From: Phormidesmis sp.
GTDB taxonomy: Bacteria; Cyanobacteriota; Cyanobacteriia; Leptolyngbyales; Leptolyngbyaceae
Assembly: GCA_965248535.1 (NCBI GenBank)
Contig: CBDFJR010000005.1
Coordinates: 2,368,001 to 2,432,000 of the forward strand
Length of the DNA: 64,000 nucleotides
Direction of reading: 5' to 3'
Shown: positions 22,589 to 32,969 of the stretch, in pieces
How the letters are laid out: every line of letters begins with the position of its first letter
How positions within the stretch are numbered: the first letter of the stretch is position 1
Translations under genes and position numbers: made by a program
Notes under the pieces: model-generated
The model's database searches: none
Seen by the model: the letters and a program-made list of their open reading frames with translations, nothing else
What the model was told of the DNA's origin: nothing

Positions 22589-23179
22589 ATGACTCGTGCT
22601 CACACTCCCAGCATTCCCCCCGTGATCGAAGCTGACGAAGCTGAATATCGCGATAGTGGCGTTCCTAGCACGATCGCTATTTTTGGGCATCCTTTACATC
22701 CGCTGTTAGTGACCTTCCCGATCGCGTTCCTAACAGGTGCATTGGGCACCGACGTGGGCTACTGGCTTACGGGAGATTCTTTTTGGGCCAGAGCCTCTTT
22801 TTGGCTGATTGGAGTGGGCATCGCGTCGGGTTTGGTGGCAGCGGCGGCTGGCATGAGCGACTTTGTGAGAATCGATCGCGTCCGTGAACACAGCGCAGGC
22901 TGGGCGCACATGGTCGGCAACGTTGCTGCACTGGCGCTTTCGGCGGCAAACTTCTGGCTGAGATGGAATCGTCAAACCGATGCAATTTTGCCAATAGGAC
23001 TCATCCTCTCTCTTATTGTGGCGACTCTGTTAGCCATTACCGGATGGTATGGTGCAGAACTTATCTATCGTCACAAGGTTGCAGTCATTGGCTATGGCCC
23101 TAACAATAGACCGCAGCTGATATCGAGAGCATTGAAGATTTATTGCTCTCAGCGTTGGTGGTCGAATTTTATTTCATAG
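22589..23179 (+). CDS. DUF2231 membrane protein
   Basis: GHPLHPLLVTFPI, four TM helices, GWYGAELIYRH; RBS AGGAG upstream. Confidence 0.85.
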   Translation: MTRAHTPSIPPVIEADEAEYRDSGVPSTIAIFGHPLHPLLVTFPIAFLTGALGTDVGYWLTGDSFWARASFWLIGVGIASGLVAAAAGMSDFVRIDRVREHSAGWAHMVGNVAALALSAANFWLRWNRQTDAILPIGLILSLIVATLLAITGWYGAELIYRHKVAVIGYGPNNRPQLISRALKIYCSQRWWSNFIS

Positions 23180-23234
23180 ACCATTAGTAATTAGAACTTC
23201 ACTCTTTTGGACTATGGGCCAGTTCCGTCATTTG

Positions 23235-23262
23235 AAAGAGGCGTAATGGCCTCTTTTTTTTT
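23235..23262 (+). terminator. intrinsic terminator
   Basis: AAAGAGGC-GTAATG-GCCTCTTT followed by a T run. Confidence 0.7.
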
Positions 23263-23298
23263 ATTGTTGTGAATAGCAATTTATTCTAAAGAACTACT

Positions 23299-23655
23299 AT
23301 GAACCTTGATTCAAAACCGGGTGATAACAGTGGCGAGATCAATCAGCCGATGACGGCTGAAGAGGTTGACCCCAAACAAAAGCAGGAGCAACAGGCTGAG
23401 TTAGATAAAGAATATTTAGCCAGCAACCCTGGCGATCGCATTGACGAGTCAAAATCTCTTGAAGAAAAAGCGCAGCAAGTGGCTGTTGACACAACCGACA
23501 TCACGGGAGACCACATCACTGTTCCGACTTATTTTGTGGTTGACTTGCCCGATGGTGAAAAGAAACCGTTGCACCACGTTAAAGATGCTGAAGAAATCTC
23601 AGACGTGATTCGTCAAGCCAGAATTAATGAAGATGGCGAACAAGTTTGGCGATAG
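23299..23655 (+). CDS. small acidic hypothetical protein
   Basis: 118-aa ORF between two terminator-like hairpins; acidic, plausible composition. Confidence 0.7.
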   Translation: MNLDSKPGDNSGEINQPMTAEEVDPKQKQEQQAELDKEYLASNPGDRIDESKSLEEKAQQVAVDTTDITGDHITVPTYFVVDLPDGEKKPLHHVKDAEEISDVIRQARINEDGEQVWR

Positions 23656-23681
23656 ATCTAGCTTTGACATCGTTGCGATAA

Positions 23682-23710
23682 GCCCCAAACCCTCAAGGTT
23701 GGGGTTTTTT
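23682..23710 (+). terminator. intrinsic terminator
   Basis: CCCCAA(A)CC-CTCAA-GGTTGGGG followed by T6. Confidence 0.65.
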
Positions 23711-23929
23711 ATTAGTTTAGAAGCACGGGGCTGCCGAGCCTACAGCCTGTGTAAAGCGCCAACGCGATTTGGGGCACAATTCTTTGATCAATCTAAAAAT
23801 ATTAGCGATCGTATCCCTTGATAGAGACACATCGATAGCAGTTCAAGCACGATCACTATATTCTTAAAGAGAGACTGCTTTGAGAAGAAATGTAAAGCAT
23901 TTCTAATCTTCAACCCGCTATATAAAAAT

Positions 23930-24601
23930 ATGTTTCAGGTGTTTCCCTTTAAAACTGATTTTTTTGATCCAGACATTCCTCTACTCAAGCGTAAACAATC
24001 AGCCTTTGCGATCGAAGATTTGCCGGGGCTGTGGCGGCTGCACTGGCAGATAGGGCAGGTCACCATCTTCTCGACCTTTTATACACCGATTGATCAAGCT
24101 TGTCTTCTGTGGGGTGTCATTTCATTCGTTATTTTTATGACGGCTCAGTTTGCCCCGATCGATTGGGCAACACAAGCGTTTTTTTGGTCGGGTCTGACTC
24201 TGCTGGGCACAGGCGCAATGGTCAAGCTCTCAGACAGATGGACGGCGATCGAGCCGCTCAACCATGTCATTTTTGCCTGGATAGTTCTCATGTTGGCGGG
24301 TTTAGTGCTGACTGATTTGAGTGTCTTTTTGGGTTGGGGTTCGATGTTGATGCACCTACCCCTGCTGTGGCTTGCGCTCAACGCGTTTGGCTATCTCTAC
24401 ACGGGCCTCAAGATGCGATCGCGGGCATTTTTGCTGATCTGCGTGGTGCATCTGCTGGCGATCATGACCCTTGATTATGTGGGCGTTTGGCAGTTTCTCG
24501 AAACGGGAGTCGTCATTGGTCTAAGCTCTGTGCTCTTGGCCGAGCTTCAGTGGGATTCGAGCGGAGTTTGTGCGACTCATCGATTTGAAGAAAGTCCCTA
24601 G
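23930..24601 (+). CDS. hypothetical multi-pass membrane protein
   Basis: 223 aa with about six hydrophobic segments. Confidence 0.7.
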   Translation: MFQVFPFKTDFFDPDIPLLKRKQSAFAIEDLPGLWRLHWQIGQVTIFSTFYTPIDQACLLWGVISFVIFMTAQFAPIDWATQAFFWSGLTLLGTGAMVKLSDRWTAIEPLNHVIFAWIVLMLAGLVLTDLSVFLGWGSMLMHLPLLWLALNAFGYLYTGLKMRSRAFLLICVVHLLAIMTLDYVGVWQFLETGVVIGLSSVLLAELQWDSSGVCATHRFEESP

Positions 24602-24682
24602 GTTGAGATCTTTTGGTCTCGAATCTAATCGCTGATCCTGTCTTTTTGAATCTTTCTTAGGTTAGATGCTTGATCTCAGAAC

Positions 24683-24698
24683 TGTAGCTTATACTACA
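24683..24698 (+). promoter_or_regulatory. NtcA box overlapping a -10 element
   Basis: TGTA-GCTTATAC-TACA matches GTA-N8-TAC; TATACT at 24690-24695 lies inside it. Confidence 0.7.
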
Positions 24699-24734
24699 GA
24701 AACTTAGGTTAATCATCCAGTGCGGGTGACTCAA

Positions 24735-25112
24735 ATGCGATTTTCTTATTGGGGCAAACGCGATGAATGGATGTCTCCCACGATCGAGGTAACCGAACGT
24801 GAGATTCAAAGTGGATCTTATAGAATGCCTGAGAGATGTCACACTTTAGCTGAGGTTCAGGTTTTCCAGGCTCCCCAGCACTTAGAAGGTCAGAATAGAC
24901 TTTGTTCTCAGCGAGACGATTTTAAGATTGAGCCAAAGCAGCTTCGCAAAAGACTGCCCGTTTACTCAACCGTCTCGCAGCAACTCAAACGCATCCACAG
25001 CGCTAATATATATCGCAGTCTAGAGCGTCGGATGCAGGCGGCCAAAGACCGAGAAGATGATCAGCTTCTTCAGGTTTTAGAGTCTGAGTTGAGAGAAACC
25101 GTTTTGCGATAG
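24735..25112 (+). CDS. DUF4278-like protein with PirA-like C-terminus
   Basis: MRFSYWG...PTIEVTE...RCHTL resembles DUF4278; HSANIYRSLERRMQAAKDREDDQLLQVLESE resembles PirA. Confidence 0.6.
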   Translation: MRFSYWGKRDEWMSPTIEVTEREIQSGSYRMPERCHTLAEVQVFQAPQHLEGQNRLCSQRDDFKIEPKQLRKRLPVYSTVSQQLKRIHSANIYRSLERRMQAAKDREDDQLLQVLESELRETVLR

Positions 25113-25195
25113 CGCGATCGTTTTGTAGGTGAAGGTTATGGGTGGCACTGAGTGAGAGCTTAGTCCACCCTTTATTTTGCCGCTTTTTTTGAGAC

Positions 25196-26515
25196 TTAGC
25201 CGCCGCTTCGACCCGTCACTGACAGCCCCTCGACGATCAGCGAAGGCGTGTGACAGGAGCCGTTCCAATCTCCATCGCCGCCGAGTTCGACGAGGTTTTT
25301 GAGAGCGTTGTAAACACTGCCTGCCACCATCGTGTCTTTGACCCTGCCGACAATTTCACCCTTTTGAACTCGATAGCCCAAATCAACGTTGATCGAAAAT
25401 TCGCCAGAGATGCCTGCCCCGCCGCCCAGCATTTGATCTAAAACTAGGCCGTCTTCTAAGGTCGAGATCATATCTGAAAATGATTTTTTACCCGGCTCGA
25501 TCAGCAGATTGAATAAGCCAGGGTTAGGATAACTGCCCAAACCGGGGCGAAATCCGTTGCCCGTCGTGCCACTGCCCAGCAGGTTTCCGGTGGTGCGATC
25601 GGCATAAAACAATTGCAAAATGCCGCGATCGATGAACGTGATCGGTCGAGTCGGCGTGCCCTCATCGTCAAAGGGGCAGCTAAAGGGGCCGGCTTCTGGC
25701 TGTTGGCTAATCGTGATCGCTTCAGACATCACAGGTTGATTTAAGCGATCACTCCAGGGCGATGCCCCCTCGATCACCTGTTTGCCGTTGAGGGCTGACT
25801 GCACCGTTCCCCACAGCATATCCGCAGCTTTGGACGTGAAGAGAATCGGAACTCGCCCGATCGGGGCACCCACATTTTCTTTAGCCCACTCTAAGCGCTG
25901 CATGATCAAGTGAGCAACGATCGCTGGATCTAAGCGATCGCGCAAGGTCTGCCCATCGCTGACATTGAGAAAGTCGTCTCCTCGCACCCACTCCACTTCT
26001 AGATAGCCGCTGAGAGTGGTGTCTGTGTAGCCGCAGTCTAGCCCGTTAGACGTGATCAAGCGGGTTGTTTCTGATTCACACTCCCAGCCGCCCGCACAGA
26101 GCACTTCGGGATAGCGATCGCGCACTAGCTCAATCGCCTGTCTGCCCCATTCCACCAGCGTTTCGACCGAGACGGCCGTTCCCACGTTGGGATAGATCAG
26201 CTGAGAAGCCGGAGCTAGCTCGATCGCTTCGGGTTCATTGAGTTGGCTGAGAGCAATGGCGCGATCGACCAAGGTTTGCGCCTCAACGGGGCCGTAGGCC
26301 ACCGCCAACCCTGGGCAGCCGTTTTTCCACAGCCGCAGCGCCGTGCCTTCTGAGTCGGCGCTTTCGAGTTGCTTGAGCCGATTGGCCTCAAAATAAACCG
26401 GGCGAGAGAGCGATCGTGATTGAAAGACTTCTGCTGCTTGCGCCCCCGATCGGGCAGCGAGTTCCAGCAATTGTTCTGATAGCATATCCTGCAAGTCGAG
26501 AGAACCTGTTCCCAC
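25196..26515 (-). CDS. TldD/PmbA family protein (PmbA-like)
   Basis: PFDDEG, GTTGNG, SGEFS, GRVKDTMVAG motifs. Confidence 0.9.
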   Translation of the reverse strand: MGTGSLDLQDMLSEQLLELAARSGAQAAEVFQSRSLSRPVYFEANRLKQLESADSEGTALRLWKNGCPGLAVAYGPVEAQTLVDRAIALSQLNEPEAIELAPASQLIYPNVGTAVSVETLVEWGRQAIELVRDRYPEVLCAGGWECESETTRLITSNGLDCGYTDTTLSGYLEVEWVRGDDFLNVSDGQTLRDRLDPAIVAHLIMQRLEWAKENVGAPIGRVPILFTSKAADMLWGTVQSALNGKQVIEGASPWSDRLNQPVMSEAITISQQPEAGPFSCPFDDEGTPTRPITFIDRGILQLFYADRTTGNLLGSGTTGNGFRPGLGSYPNPGLFNLLIEPGKKSFSDMISTLEDGLVLDQMLGGGAGISGEFSINVDLGYRVQKGEIVGRVKDTMVAGSVYNALKNLVELGGDGDWNGSCHTPSLIVEGLSVTGRSGG

Positions 26516-26522
26516 TGTTAGC

Positions 26523-27383
26523 CTACGCTAATTTGACCTCCTGCAATAGCCAGAATCCGGCAAAGGCTTCGACTTGGGGGTCGGTTTGAATCGCCAAAAA
26601 GTGCACTTGATTAGCGTGCTGTTTTGCGGCTTCAAATTGTCTTGCTTCTGGCTGAGTTTTAGCGTCAAGGCTGGTGAGAATCCAGCGATCGCTGACTCCG
26701 GTTTCGAGCAGCAGCCGCGTTGGGGAATCAGGGTCGAATTTGATTGCTGCCATTTCTAACCCCGACATCCAGGCGGCCATGGGCACAGCGCGAGGCGAAT
26801 AGATAATCAACCCCGGAATTGGCGTGTCAGGAGCCAGCCCTGCCATCTTGAGCGGGAACGATTCACCAAAGTCGATCGCCCACTCGCTCATGTCATCAAA
26901 GGCGCTGGTTTCTAGGGTGGCAAAGATCCATTTCTGCCCAATCAGGGCATCGGGCAACGGCTCGGCCGGAGTCGTTGGAAACGTCACCGAAGGACTTTTA
27001 GACGGCTGAAACCCTGGATGAGCGGGGTAAACCGTCTCCATGCGATCGCGCACCCACTGACTGAGGGCAAACGTCCGCCGACTCAGTTGCGCGGGCACGT
27101 TTAGCCCATCGCAGGCCGTCACGATCATGTTATTCATCGCTTGGCGAAAAAAGCGAATCTTATCAGGCGGATGAGGAGCACGGGCAATGGCTTCTGAGAT
27201 CGCGCTTTTTAACCAACCGGAATTGACCTGCGTGCTCGAACAATATTCGGCATAGCGAAACAGCGAGTCTGGCTCAACATCAATCCGAGTCGGACTTTCG
27301 CAGATCAAAACTTCCCAGACTTTTTTATTGTTTTCATCCACGATCGGGCGTGAATAGTAATCAAGTTCCCAAATAGTTGTCAT
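26523..27383 (-). CDS. Tab2/Atab2 family RNA-binding protein
   Basis: WELDYYSRP...KVWEVLIC, LETG..DRW, FAGFWLL. Confidence 0.92.
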   Translation of the reverse strand: MTTIWELDYYSRPIVDENNKKVWEVLICESPTRIDVEPDSLFRYAEYCSSTQVNSGWLKSAISEAIARAPHPPDKIRFFRQAMNNMIVTACDGLNVPAQLSRRTFALSQWVRDRMETVYPAHPGFQPSKSPSVTFPTTPAEPLPDALIGQKWIFATLETSAFDDMSEWAIDFGESFPLKMAGLAPDTPIPGLIIYSPRAVPMAAWMSGLEMAAIKFDPDSPTRLLLETGVSDRWILTSLDAKTQPEARQFEAAKQHANQVHFLAIQTDPQVEAFAGFWLLQEVKLA

Positions 27384-27412
27384 GTTAGAGCATCAAAGGG
27401 CATCAGCGAATA

Positions 27413-28324
27413 TCAGTCTCCCAGCAGGTTTTTTCTAGCTCGTTCTTGACGCGAGTCTGCTTCATCCATTACCTGAGCCATATTCTCAGTCATTTCACCA
27501 GGGTGATTTTCTAGAATCTTGGTTGAGAGAGAAATTCTGCCTCTGCCCTCATCGAGTTCGACAATCATGGCTTTGATCACTTGCCCGACTTGCAGCAGCG
27601 CAGGCAGCGACGCGATGTAGTTTTTGCTGATCTGATTGATGTGCAGCAAACCCGTCGTGCTCTCAAATTCCACAAAGGCACCAAAAGGCTTGAGGCTGAC
27701 CACTTTGCCCTCGACCAGTTGCCCCACTTCTAGCCGACTAAAGCTAGCGCTCTTGGCGGCGAGACGATTGGACAGGACTAGTTTATTGCGATCGCGATCC
27801 ATTTCTAAAAACGTCGCGGTCAGAGTTTGACCTTTGAGGGCTTCGAGATCTTCGCGCTCGACGAGGTGCGATCGGGGAATAAACCCCCGCAAGCCCTGCA
27901 CATCGACGGTTACGCCGCCTTTGTTTGTGCCTGTCACCCGCACTTGCAGACTTTGCTTACTGTCTTGCACGTCGGCCAGCCGATCCCAGATTTTTTTGAT
28001 CTCTAGTTGACGCAGCGAGAGGGTGACTTGTCCGTTTTCATCTTGTTCACGAATAATCAGAAAATCTCGCTCTTCTTCCTGATCGGGCAGCACCGCCGAG
28101 ATATCGCTGATCTGGCGCACGCTGGCTTCTTCGATCGCTAAAAAGGCCGGAGACTTGCCCCCAATGTCGATCAGCGCCCCTCCGCTCTCATAGCTAAACA
28201 CCTTTCCCCGAACGATTTGCCCCTTGGCAAACTGGTAGTCGTGTTGCTCTAGTGCTTTTGCAAAGTCATCCATTGAGAAGGATGCTTCTGATCGAGACTG
28301 GGTTGATTTTTGATTCATGATCAC
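27413..28324 (-). CDS. S1 RNA-binding protein (ribosomal protein S1 homologue)
   Basis: Three S1 repeats (IDIGGKS, GLRGFIPRSH, GLLHINQIS). Confidence 0.9.
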   Translation of the reverse strand: MIMNQKSTQSRSEASFSMDDFAKALEQHDYQFAKGQIVRGKVFSYESGGALIDIGGKSPAFLAIEEASVRQISDISAVLPDQEEERDFLIIREQDENGQVTLSLRQLEIKKIWDRLADVQDSKQSLQVRVTGTNKGGVTVDVQGLRGFIPRSHLVEREDLEALKGQTLTATFLEMDRDRNKLVLSNRLAAKSASFSRLEVGQLVEGKVVSLKPFGAFVEFESTTGLLHINQISKNYIASLPALLQVGQVIKAMIVELDEGRGRISLSTKILENHPGEMTENMAQVMDEADSRQERARKNLLGD

Positions 28325-28374
28325 TGAGTGACACCCTCACGGTTGCGGGGGTTATTTTAAAGACTATTTCTAGT

Positions 28375-29124
28375 TTAGCCTGGGAGCGAGGTACCGAGAG
28401 GTTTAAAAAGTGCTTTCACCTGGTTCCAAGCGTCGGCGGCCGCATCGGGACTGTAGTCTGATCGGCGATCGCAAAAGAAACCGTGCCCTGCGGGATAGCG
28501 AAAAATCCGGTGAGCAATATGCTGTTGCTGGAGTTCGGCTTCGATCTGATCAATTTGCTCGATCGGAATTAACGGATCTTGAGTGCCAAAAAAACCGTAG
28601 AGAGTGCCCTTGATCTCTCCAGTGCGGCTAATGGTCGGGGTGCCGCCACCGGGAGTCATCGTGGCAATTCCGGCCCCATAGAATGACGCAGTGGCTTTAA
28701 TCTCTGGCAGCGTTGCCGCCAAATAAGCGACGTGACCGCCAAAACAGAAGCCGATCGCGCCGATCGCCTCCTTTTTCACTGACGAAAGGGATTTTAGGTA
28801 GGCGATCGTGGCCCGCAGATCACTCAATAATTCGTCAGCTTTGGTTTGTTCTTTGTGGAGTCGTCCGAGTTTTGTTTCGGCTTCACTGTAACCGACTTCA
28901 AAATTGGGAGCCGATCGCTGAAAAATTGCGGGCGCGATCGCCACATAGCCTTCTCGTGCCAGCCGCTCGGTCACATCACGAATGTGAGCATTTACGCCAA
29001 AGATCTCTTGAATCACCACGATCGCGGGGTGGGGTTCGCCCCCGATCGGCTCTGCTAAATAAGCCTTGATAGGCAATTCTCCGTTTAAAACGGTTACGTT
29101 TGTCGTTCTAATGTCGATCGCCAT
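28375..29124 (-). CDS. dienelactone hydrolase family protein
   Basis: QEIFGVN, GFCFGG, HGFFCD. Confidence 0.92.
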   Translation of the reverse strand: MAIDIRTTNVTVLNGELPIKAYLAEPIGGEPHPAIVVIQEIFGVNAHIRDVTERLAREGYVAIAPAIFQRSAPNFEVGYSEAETKLGRLHKEQTKADELLSDLRATIAYLKSLSSVKKEAIGAIGFCFGGHVAYLAATLPEIKATASFYGAGIATMTPGGGTPTISRTGEIKGTLYGFFGTQDPLIPIEQIDQIEAELQQQHIAHRIFRYPAGHGFFCDRRSDYSPDAAADAWNQVKALFKPLGTSLPG

Positions 29125-29293
29125 GCTTAAAATGGTACGAGTATTGACAGTTCTACGCTAAAAGTCCTGATGGCGCTTTTGATTTCACTCTATAAGGTGG
29201 AGTTTCCAGTTACTGTCTTTTTTTGTAAACGGATTCCGGTGGTAGGATTACTTAATTTGAATCTAGTATGTGAGCAAGTCTTGAGGCGCTGGC

Positions 29294-30280
29294 ATGGTGC
29301 AATTTCATATTCAGCCAGATAGCGATATCCCGGCATCGACGCAACTTTATAATCAGATTTTGTTTGCGATCGCGTCGCGGCAGTTTTCGCCGGGGCACCG
29401 TTTGCCCAGCACTCGCCAATTAGCGATGCAAACCGGGCTGCACCGCAACACCATCAGCAAGGTCTATCGACAGCTAGAAGAAGCCGGAGTCGTCGATGCT
29501 CAAGCCGGGTCAGGCATCTATGTGCGCGATCAAGCCCACGATGCAACCACCAGCGTTAAGTCGCCTTTGCTTGACCAAAACCCCCAGGCTCACAAAATTA
29601 TTCAGACCAGCTTAGATGATCTGCTCAAGCAAGGGTCTTCGCTCGGTCAGGCACGAGAGTTATTTTTAGCCGAAATCGATTGGCGGCTGCGCTGTAGCGC
29701 TCAAGTGCTGATTACGGCTCCGCAGCACGACATTGCCAACGGGGAGATTTTGCTGCGCGAGTTAGAGCGAGCGCTCAACATTCCCATGCAGTTGGTGCCT
29801 TTAGAAGAACTTAGCCGGGTGCTCGATCAGACGCGATCAAGCACCGTCGTCACCAGTCGCTATTTCATCGCTCAGGCCGAAGCGATCGCGACTCCCCGAT
29901 CGGCGCGGGTGATTCCGGTAGACATTTACGATTTTGAAAAAGAAATCAAAATGGTGCGATCGCTCCCTAAAGGCACCTGTCTAGGCATTGTCAGCCTAAG
30001 CTCAGGAACGGTTGGGGTGGCTGAGGTGATCATTCACAGCTTGCGGGGCGATGACCTGCTGGTGATGACCGCCCAGTTAAGCGATAAATACAAAATGAAT
30101 GCGATGGTGCGAAGTGCTCAAACCATCTTTAGTTTCGACGACGCAAGCACTGCGGTGGTCAAAGCAACGATCTCGGCGGCGAGAGAAGACATCATTCGTC
30201 CGCCTCAGTTGATCTGCTGTGAAAACTTTATCGTCAGCAAGTCAGTCAGTCTGCTCAAGCGCGAGTTAGGTCTAGATTAA
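29294..30280 (+). CDS. plmA: GntR-family regulator PlmA
   Basis: MVQFHIQPDSDIPASTQL, RLPSTRQLAMQTGLHRNT, EIDWRLRCSA, LLKRELGL. Confidence 0.85.
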   Translation: MVQFHIQPDSDIPASTQLYNQILFAIASRQFSPGHRLPSTRQLAMQTGLHRNTISKVYRQLEEAGVVDAQAGSGIYVRDQAHDATTSVKSPLLDQNPQAHKIIQTSLDDLLKQGSSLGQARELFLAEIDWRLRCSAQVLITAPQHDIANGEILLRELERALNIPMQLVPLEELSRVLDQTRSSTVVTSRYFIAQAEAIATPRSARVIPVDIYDFEKEIKMVRSLPKGTCLGIVSLSSGTVGVAEVIIHSLRGDDLLVMTAQLSDKYKMNAMVRSAQTIFSFDDASTAVVKATISAAREDIIRPPQLICCENFIVSKSVSLLKRELGLD

Positions 30281-30571
30281 TAGACCTCCTGCATGACTAG
30301 GATCTAGAGATAAGCTGCTCTGCGATCGCGCTACGTTGAGTTCTGCTTCAGCCCCCTTCTATTCTCTCTTTGCTTCGACGATCCCTGGGAAGAGGATGTC
30401 CAAAAACAATAGGATTCACTGGGTTTCCCAACTATTTCTTTTTCAATAAATCAGCCCTGCCCCAGAATTGGAGATTTAGGGGACTAAAGCCGACCGCAAC
30501 ACGGTGACAAAGCTTTATACACCGTGGCTCCTAAGGGGGAGGGCGAGACGTTGTACTTTGATCACACGTTC

Positions 30572-31138
30572 CTAAGTAGGAGTGACCGTAGGCTCGCTGT
30601 CAGACACAGCCGGGTTGAGCGCTAACCCGACGCGGGAGATGCCCGTAAACAGAATGCTTGCTCCGACTAGAGTGCCCAGCAGCCAAGGCGCATCGAAGGG
30701 GAACTGGAACCAGATCATCGCGCCTAGCAATAGCGTAATGATGCCATTGCCCAACACCCAAGTCCAATTCTGCTGTGGGCGTAGTCGGAAGGCCAAAATT
30801 AGCTCAAACACGCCTTCACTCAGCAAGAAGCTGCCCAGCAAAATCGTCAGCGTTAAAACGCCCGATAGCGGTGCCACAAACAGCATGATCCCCGTGCCGA
30901 TATAGAGAATGCTTAACACCAGCTTCCAGGCAAAGCCACCTTCTTGACGGGTTTGAAAGGCATAGCCAAACTTGGCAAATCCGGCAGAGAGAATGATTAG
31001 AGCGATCCACGTCTCAGTGACGATCGTCGAAACCCCCGGCAAAAAGATGCCAGCTAACCCTAAAACGATTAAGAGAATTCCAATCCAGAGCGACGAGTTT
31101 CTGGCTGGTTTGATTTCAGGTGGGACATTGGTAGTCAT
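30572..31138 (-). CDS. HdeD/DUF308 membrane protein
   Basis: Six TM segments, repeated G..lI.lG pattern, WLLGTLVGASILFTG. Confidence 0.85.
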   Translation of the reverse strand: MTTNVPPEIKPARNSSLWIGILLIVLGLAGIFLPGVSTIVTETWIALIILSAGFAKFGYAFQTRQEGGFAWKLVLSILYIGTGIMLFVAPLSGVLTLTILLGSFLLSEGVFELILAFRLRPQQNWTWVLGNGIITLLLGAMIWFQFPFDAPWLLGTLVGASILFTGISRVGLALNPAVSDSEPTVTPT

Positions 31139-31259
31139 ATAAGAGTTTTCCTATACCTGGTTGAATTGCACACTCAGAATAGAAAACTTCTCGGTCTTTA
31201 GGTAGCGTCTTAAGACAGAACTGCGATCGCGACGCATCAGACTTTAGCTAGAGACCGCC

Positions 31260-32081
<822 letters not shown>

Positions 32082-32084
32082 AAT

Positions 32085-32969
32085 CTAACGAGTCTTATAA
32101 CGATTAGAAGTAACGAGACGAGACGCAATGTTAACGAATAGAACGATGCCAACGAGAATCACAGATGCGCTCCACGCCAGCTTATTTTGCTCGGCATAGG
32201 CAGAACTCGCATAGTTATAAATCATGACGGATAGAGACGCGGTTGGGCTAGTCAAACCCTCAAACCAATTCTGGCTAAACAGCGCGGTGAATAGTAATGG
32301 AGCCGTTTCACCCGCCGCCCGTGCAACCGCCAGCAGAACGCCTGTAGTAATGCCGGGTAACGCGGTCGCGATCGTAACCCGAAACACCGTCTGAAATCGA
32401 CTTGCCCCCAGCGCCGATGACGCAAGCCTCAAGGAAGTGGGCACTAACTTTAAGGCTTCTTCGGTCGCTAAAACGACGATCGGCAGCATGATCACCGCCA
32501 AGGCAAAGCCACCTGCTAAGGCCGAAAACCCTTTAAACGTCAGCACGATGACCGCGTAGGCAAACACTCCCACCACGATCGAGGGCACCCCACTTAACAC
32601 GGTGACCACAAAACGAATCACCTGAGCGATCGCTTTGCCTTGACTAAATTCTGCGAGATAAATGGCCGTTAAGATGCCCACCGGGATGCTAATCAAAGAG
32701 GCGATGCCGACCATAATCACGGTGCCAACGATCGCGTTTGCAAATCCGTTCGGTACGCCCTCCATGCCAACCGGGGCAGGGAGATTGGTCAACACTTCCC
32801 ATTTCAAATTAGGCACGCCCTGACGCAAAATTTCAATCAAAATTGCCAACAGCGGCAGCAGCGCCAGCCCTGAAAATAGAGCGGCGATCGTCGTCATTCC
32901 ATAATTAAAAGCGGCTCGTGCCGGAGCCAAGGGGCGACAAAGTTCTTGAGCGATCGCGTCTTGTTTCAT
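32085..32969 (-). CDS. pstA: phosphate ABC transporter permease
   Basis: GVPSIVVG, ARAAGETAPL. Confidence 0.95.
   Translation of the reverse strand: MKQDAIAQELCRPLAPARAAFNYGMTTIAALFSGLALLPLLAILIEILRQGVPNLKWEVLTNLPAPVGMEGVPNGFANAIVGTVIMVGIASLISIPVGILTAIYLAEFSQGKAIAQVIRFVVTVLSGVPSIVVGVFAYAVIVLTFKGFSALAGGFALAVIMLPIVVLATEEALKLVPTSLRLASSALGASRFQTVFRVTIATALPGITTGVLLAVARAAGETAPLLFTALFSQNWFEGLTSPTASLSVMIYNYASSAYAEQNKLAWSASVILVGIVLFVNIASRLVTSNRYKTR

Noticed and set aside
24699..24734. Glutamine riboswitch upstream of the DUF4278-like gene
   Set aside because: Leader too short and lacks the conserved motif as I recall it.
30455..30548. Degenerate CCCCAGAATTGG.../GGGGGAGGG repeat fragments after plmA
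   Set aside because: Too decayed to define boundaries or a family.
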